Shown piece by piece: positions 59,378-64,000 of a stretch of DNA of 64,000 bases (position 1 is the first letter of the stretch; each line of letters begins with the position of its first letter). The position numbers and the translations under genes were made by a program. The notes beneath the pieces are model-generated. The model was given only the letters and a program-made list of their open reading frames with translations. It was not told where the DNA came from and did no database searches. The stretch comes from Bacillota bacterium (GTDB taxonomy: Bacteria; Bacillota; Clostridia; Christensenellales; CAG-138): NCBI GenBank assembly GCA_016282255.1, contig JAEEKE010000131.1:1671-65670 (forward strand). Direction: 5' to 3'.

Positions 59378-61191
59378 ACATCAAACTGCTCGTTTTGGAT
59401 ATAGACGATACCCTTGTGTTTAAGGCGGGACCCGTATCCGATGAAAACTTAGCCGCCATCACCGCCGCAAGAAAAGCCGGCGTCTACGTAACGCTTGCAA
59501 CCGGCCGCGGCTACTACGGCTCGTCAAGGGTCGTTAAGCAGCTCGGACTCGACACATATGTTATAAACTACGGCGGCGCGATGATCACCGATTCGAGAAC
59601 CGGCAGACCGATCTTCACCACCGAGCTCGACAATGCCTATGTTCAGGAGATCATGGCTTTGGCGGGGGATATGGGCCTTCACGTGCATCTGTATCAGGGC
59701 GACTGCATCATCTATGAGCGTCCGCACGAGTATGCGGATCTGTACTGCGCGGCTCTGAACCTGCCCCACATGCTCGACCCGGATCTGCGCAGCAAAACGT
59801 GGAAGAACGTTCCCAAGGTACTTATCATAACCGAGCCCGAACGCGTTCCCGAGCTGCTGCCGTTCTTCAAAAAGCATTTTGAGGGCAGGGTAGCGGTATC
59901 CGGTTCGTCCCCCGGCTTTATAGAATTCAACAGGATCGGTGCAAATAAGGGCACCGCCGTTGAACACCTGGCAGGGCTCCTCGGCATCGATCGGGAAGAA
60001 GTCTGCGCGGTGGGCGACAACACGCTCGATTATGAAATGATCGAATACGCCGGCCTCGGCGTCGTAGTGGAGAACGGGAACGAGCAGCTCAAGAAGATCG
60101 CAAACCTGATCGTCCCTTCATGCACCGAGAATGGCGTTGCGTATCTTATAAATAACTACATACTCGGCTCCGCTCCCTTGTCGGGCAGCGCCGAAAAAGC
60201 AATTGAAAACGGAAAGAGGAAAGAGAGAATGTACAGAATTGGATTCGATATCGGAGGCACGAATATCGTTGCCGGTCTTCTTGATGGAGAATACAGGATA
60301 ATCCGCAAGCTGAGCCGCCCCTTCAGGCGCAATGCGACCGGAGAGGAGGCGGGGGATGCGCGTTTTATAGCTGAGGATCTTTATAACTTAGCAAAGGACG
60401 TATGCGAGGCGGAGGGCGTGCCGTTCGATTCCGTACCGAATATCGGCATCTGCATCCCCGGCAGCGTGGATACCGCTAAGGGCATCGTTATAGACGCTCA
60501 TAATCTTGGGCTTCACGATTCACCGTTCCGCAGCGTTTCGGAGGAGGTTTTCGGCAAGCCCTGCGCGCTGCTCAACGACGCGGATGCGGCTGCGCTCGCG
60601 GAGTTCAGGCTCGGCGCGCTCAGGGAACATCCCAATTCCATGCTCGTGACCATCGGCACCGGTATCGGCGTCGGAATAATCATCGGCGGAAAGCTGTTTC
60701 ACGGCGGACGCGGCTACGGCGTCGAAGCCGGGCACGCGCAGATGGATCTTCACGGTTCATATTGCACCTGCGGAAGGCGCGGCTGTATCGAGACGCTCTG
60801 CGCCGCGACCTGGCTCAATCACCGTGCGGCGGAGCTGTATGAAGCCGCGGAAGGGCCGATAAAGGCGCTCTATGAAACCTATTCCTCGCACGGCAAATTC
60901 GACGCGCGCGGCCTTATCGAGTGTTCCAAGACCGGCGAAAAGAACTGCGTTGCCGTTTGGAACGAGTATCTCGAGTCGCTTTCGAACGCGCTCGCATCCT
61001 ACGTCAACATCCTCGATCCCCAGCTGATCGCCATCGGCGGCGGCGTCAGCGGTGCGGGCGATTACCTCATAAAGCCGCTTATCGAGCTTACCGCGAAGCA
61101 ATCCTTCTTCCGCGAACCCACGCCGATAATCCGTGCAGCGCTCGGCAACGACGCGGGGCTTGTGGGCGCCGCCATGTATACAGATCAATAA
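59374..61191 (+). CDS. Fusion of Cof-type HAD phosphatase and ROK-family sugar kinase
   Basis: HAD: DIDDT, ATGR, NKG, GDNTLD. ROK: DIGGT, NDADAA, TIGTGIG, EAGH, CTCGRRGCIE, GNDAG. No stop between them. Confidence 0.88.
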   Translation: MNIKLLVLDIDDTLVFKAGPVSDENLAAITAARKAGVYVTLATGRGYYGSSRVVKQLGLDTYVINYGGAMITDSRTGRPIFTTELDNAYVQEIMALAGDMGLHVHLYQGDCIIYERPHEYADLYCAALNLPHMLDPDLRSKTWKNVPKVLIITEPERVPELLPFFKKHFEGRVAVSGSSPGFIEFNRIGANKGTAVEHLAGLLGIDREEVCAVGDNTLDYEMIEYAGLGVVVENGNEQLKKIANLIVPSCTENGVAYLINNYILGSAPLSGSAEKAIENGKRKERMYRIGFDIGGTNIVAGLLDGEYRIIRKLSRPFRRNATGEEAGDARFIAEDLYNLAKDVCEAEGVPFDSVPNIGICIPGSVDTAKGIVIDAHNLGLHDSPFRSVSEEVFGKPCALLNDADAAALAEFRLGALREHPNSMLVTIGTGIGVGIIIGGKLFHGGRGYGVEAGHAQMDLHGSYCTCGRRGCIETLCAATWLNHRAAELYEAAEGPIKALYETYSSHGKFDARGLIECSKTGEKNCVAVWNEYLESLSNALASYVNILDPQLIAIGGGVSGAGDYLIKPLIELTAKQSFFREPTPIIRAALGNDAGLVGAAMYTDQ

Positions 61192-61212
61192 ACCATCGGA
61201 GGAAACAAAGCC

Positions 61213-61932
61213 ATGTCAATAATGTGCGCCGTATTCGTGCCCGACGGCATCGTCCTTGCAGCGGACAGCCGTCAGACCATCGGCATTTCCAAAATGCCGA
61301 ATCCATCCCAGCAGACCCACGGTCAGCCCCGCGTTTTGAACCGCATGGACAGGCCGAATCAGCCCCCGGTGCAGATGATCTCCCAATCGGACAACGCGCA
61401 GAAGATCATGCTTCTGAGCAAGGTAAAAGTCGGCATTTCCGCCTGCGGCATAGGTATTCTAAACGGCAAGACCGTTTCCGATTTCATCCGCTCCTTCGAG
61501 ATCGACGTGATCGAAAAGACCGACTCCGTCACGGACGTTGCCCATAAGCTGCAGAAATACGCCGCGTCGTTCTTCCCTCAGGTCAATTTCTTCGTCTGCG
61601 GGTATGAAGAGGAGGAGCCCTTCGTTTACAGCGTGAACAAGGAGATAAACCGCAGCAATATGGATAACGGCAAGCTCCGTTACGCTTCCATCTGGTCCGG
61701 CGAACAGGCTACGATCTCCAAGCTTCTCAACGGCAATCCGCCCATGATAGTCAACCACGCGCTGATGCCGCTCAAGGATGCGATCGATTTCGCGGATTTC
61801 CTCATTGATTCCACCATCAAATCCCAGCGCTTCGAGATGAAGGTCGCGACCTGCGGCGGGCCGATCGATCTGCTCGTTTTGACTAAGGACGAGGCCTTCT
61901 GGTACAGGCACAAGATCTTCAAGCCGGCCTGA
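61213..61932 (+). CDS. Proteasome beta-subunit-like Ntn hydrolase of unknown function
   Basis: (M)SIMCAVFVPDGIVLAADSR, later QKI, SACG, SG and TCGGPIDLLVL; GGAGG RBS. Confidence 0.72.
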   Translation: MSIMCAVFVPDGIVLAADSRQTIGISKMPNPSQQTHGQPRVLNRMDRPNQPPVQMISQSDNAQKIMLLSKVKVGISACGIGILNGKTVSDFIRSFEIDVIEKTDSVTDVAHKLQKYAASFFPQVNFFVCGYEEEEPFVYSVNKEINRSNMDNGKLRYASIWSGEQATISKLLNGNPPMIVNHALMPLKDAIDFADFLIDSTIKSQRFEMKVATCGGPIDLLVLTKDEAFWYRHKIFKPA

Positions 61933-61985
61933 AATAAGCTATACCGTTTCATTCATAATAAGGACCTTCATGCGTAGAATTTGGC

Positions 61986-63446
61986 ATGAAGGTTTTGTTT
62001 TGCAAGAGCAGGAAATATTGCGGTCGGTCGGAAGAGAAATCAAATTGTAAAGCGGCGTCGGACAGGTCCCTTTTAGGCAAGGTCGGCATACTCGCTCTTT
62101 CCAACTTGGCGCTGCAGGTATTATGGTTCTTCTATCGCTCCATGCTCACAAGGCTTGCGGGCAGCGAAGCGCTCGGCCTTCAGTCGCTCGTTATGCAGAT
62201 CTATTCGATCATCGTTTCGGTATGCATAACGGGTCTCGACGTCGCGATCGTCGCTTTAGGCGCAAAGCTGAAATCAGGCTGCGGGGACAATTCTTTATCC
62301 GAATCGGCGGCATACAGAAGGCTGTTCTCGAATGCATGCAAACTCTTCGTTATTCTGTTCGCTTTCGCTGCAATTCCGGTATTTGCATTAAGGAAGGGCA
62401 TCGCCGTTAACCTCATAGGCGACGCCGGAGCTGCGGTCTGTATCATCGTCGTTTTGCTCTGCATATTCCTGACGGGTATCGAGCACATTTTGAAATCGAT
62501 ACATATTTCTTCAGGTATGGTAAGACGCCCGGCTGTTTCGGAGCTTGTTGAGCAGAGCATACGCTTTATCCTGGTCTATATTGCGCTGAAACATTTTGAT
62601 ATTAACGTCAACGCTCAAAAGGTATCGGTTATCATGCTCTGCATGCTGCTTAGTGAATTCTTCAGCATTAGCTTTATGTATTCATCATTCCGAAGAAAGT
62701 TTCCTGAACGAAGAATGATATCGGGCGATATCGAAAACATGGCTTTGATATCCCTAAGAAGCGTTTCGCGTATCCTTATCCCCGCCTCCGCGACCGCCTT
62801 TTCCAGTACCGTGATCTCCGTTGCCGCATCGCTGCTGCTCCCTTCAAGGCTGATGCAGGCGGGCTACACGCGCGCTCAGGCGCTTTCCTCCATCGGGATA
62901 CTCGGCGCCGCGGCGGTACCCCTTGTTATGCTGCCGCTTTCCTTCGTTTCAGCGATGGCAACCGTGCTTCTGCCGGAGGTATCGGCCTCCTGCGCATCTG
63001 AACACGAAGGGAGAGTCCTCCGGCTTCTCAAAGGCAGCTGTACGGCTGCCGCATTGACGTTCATTCTTTTCAACCTGCCGATCCTCAGATTTGCCGGAAG
63101 CATATCTTCGGCGGTTTTCGGTGTGGAGCCATCAAAAATATGCTTTATACTGCTGACTGTCAAGACGGCGATAATCTATTTCCAGGTCATCACGACGTCG
63201 GTTTTAAACGGAATGATGAAGCAAAAGACCGTATTGCTGCTGACGGTGACGGGGGAGGCCGTTCAGCTTCTGCTGATGTATTTCCTGTCGGCCGATAAGT
63301 CGATGCACATATACGGCTATCTGATCGCGATGTGCATAGGTGAAGGTATCCGTCTTATACTCTCGCTCATCTGCCTGGTCGGTCTAATCAGGCATAAAAA
63401 AGACCGGAGAAAACAAGTTCTTCGGTCCTATGCGGCTCATCATTGA
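61986..63446 (+). CDS. MOP-superfamily flippase, SpoVB-like (divergent)
   Basis: About 12-14 TM helices; FFYRSMLTRLAGSEALGL, SELVEQSIR, PSRL..AG, LLPEVS, LNGM. Confidence 0.75.
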   Translation: MKVLFCKSRKYCGRSEEKSNCKAASDRSLLGKVGILALSNLALQVLWFFYRSMLTRLAGSEALGLQSLVMQIYSIIVSVCITGLDVAIVALGAKLKSGCGDNSLSESAAYRRLFSNACKLFVILFAFAAIPVFALRKGIAVNLIGDAGAAVCIIVVLLCIFLTGIEHILKSIHISSGMVRRPAVSELVEQSIRFILVYIALKHFDINVNAQKVSVIMLCMLLSEFFSISFMYSSFRRKFPERRMISGDIENMALISLRSVSRILIPASATAFSSTVISVAASLLLPSRLMQAGYTRAQALSSIGILGAAAVPLVMLPLSFVSAMATVLLPEVSASCASEHEGRVLRLLKGSCTAAALTFILFNLPILRFAGSISSAVFGVEPSKICFILLTVKTAIIYFQVITTSVLNGMMKQKTVLLLTVTGEAVQLLLMYFLSADKSMHIYGYLIAMCIGEGIRLILSLICLVGLIRHKKDRRKQVLRSYAAHH

Positions 63447-64000
63447 ACGGCTTTTCGCAGGATATCGCCCGGTTTCAGCAGCTCGTCCGAGCCTATACAG
63501 AGCTTTTCGCGCGGGTGTGGAGCGCTGTCCACGGTTTCGCCGGATTCGTTTCTTATGAAAGCAACTCTAAACTTTCTCGAAACGTCGGCGGGGGAGAGTA
63601 TCGAAAGCTCATCTCCGACGAAGAAGCGGTTGCGCTGTTCGATCAGCGCGGTCTGTGTCGATTCATCGTAATCGAGCACCACGGCGGAGATCTGATAGTC
63701 CTGCACGTAATCGGCCGATTCGGGCGCCATCAGTTCCGCTTCGTCGCCGAGCATAAAGCCGGTCGTGTAGGGCCTGTGGCTGATCCTGTTCAGCTCGTCC
63801 ATAACGGTGCTCATATCCGCTCCGTCCAGCGCCATACGGTATGCGTTGACAACGGTGGCCACGTACAAAATCGACTTCATCCTGCCCTCGATCTTCAGGC
63901 TCACGATGCCGGCGTCGGTCAGCTCCTTAAGATGCTCCGCCATGCACATATCCCTTGAATTGAGTATGTAGCTACCGTTCGACTCGGTCTCGAGCGTGAA
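63440..64000 (-). CDS. U32 family protein (TrhP-like), 5' part beyond window edge
   Basis: Frame open to 64000: SYILNSRDMCM, SLKIEGRMKS..YV, SHRPYTTGF, QRNRF..GD. Confidence 0.88.
   Translation of the reverse strand, partial: FTLETESNGSYILNSRDMCMAEHLKELTDAGIVSLKIEGRMKSILYVATVVNAYRMALDGADMSTVMDELNRISHRPYTTGFMLGDEAELMAPESADYVQDYQISAVVLDYDESTQTALIEQRNRFFVGDELSILSPADVSRKFRVAFIRNESGETVDSAPHPREKLCIGSDELLKPGDILRKAVQ

Noticed and set aside
1-64000. CRISPR arrays, tRNA/rRNA genes, IS elements, defence systems
   Set aside because: No regularly spaced repeats, cloverleaf or rRNA signatures, transposase or defence motifs were seen, and intergenic gaps are short.

Overview
Core chromosomal segment of an anaerobic, moderately GC-rich Firmicute (Clostridia-like; taxonomy inferred from gene content). 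I found no rRNA, tRNA, CRISPR array, IS element or prophage. The window holds about 57 CDS. These include: a partial 8-oxoG glycosylase; an OmpR-family response regulator/histidine kinase/PflX operon divergent from htrA; the CIRCE-controlled hrcA-grpE-dnaK-dnaJ operon; a CadC-HMA-CadA metal efflux unit; bcd-etfB-etfA with a ferredoxin-fused EtfA; ilvE; lepA-hemW; rpsU (absent from the ORF track); arcA; sdaAB/sdaAA; a DnaD/DnaC-like pair; a PyrR-attenuated pyrC-K-D-F-E-B-I operon; galM; yloC-gmk-rpoZ-priA-phzF; a lipoprotein serpin; uvrC; an spoVB-like flippase; and a partial U32 protein. The best candidates for novel biology are: (1) a proteasome-beta-like Ntn hydrolase with Ser1/Asp17/Lys and a Q/P-rich insertion, at the end of an apparent uvrC operon that also encodes (2) a HAD phosphatase-ROK kinase fusion; (3) a stand-alone E2-type acyltransferase domain with the catalytic His replaced by Glu, paired with an acyl-CoA ligase; and (4) a secreted peptidoglycan-binding protein with a His/Cys motif resembling L,D-transpeptidases. 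All assignments come from motif recognition by eye; no database searches were run.
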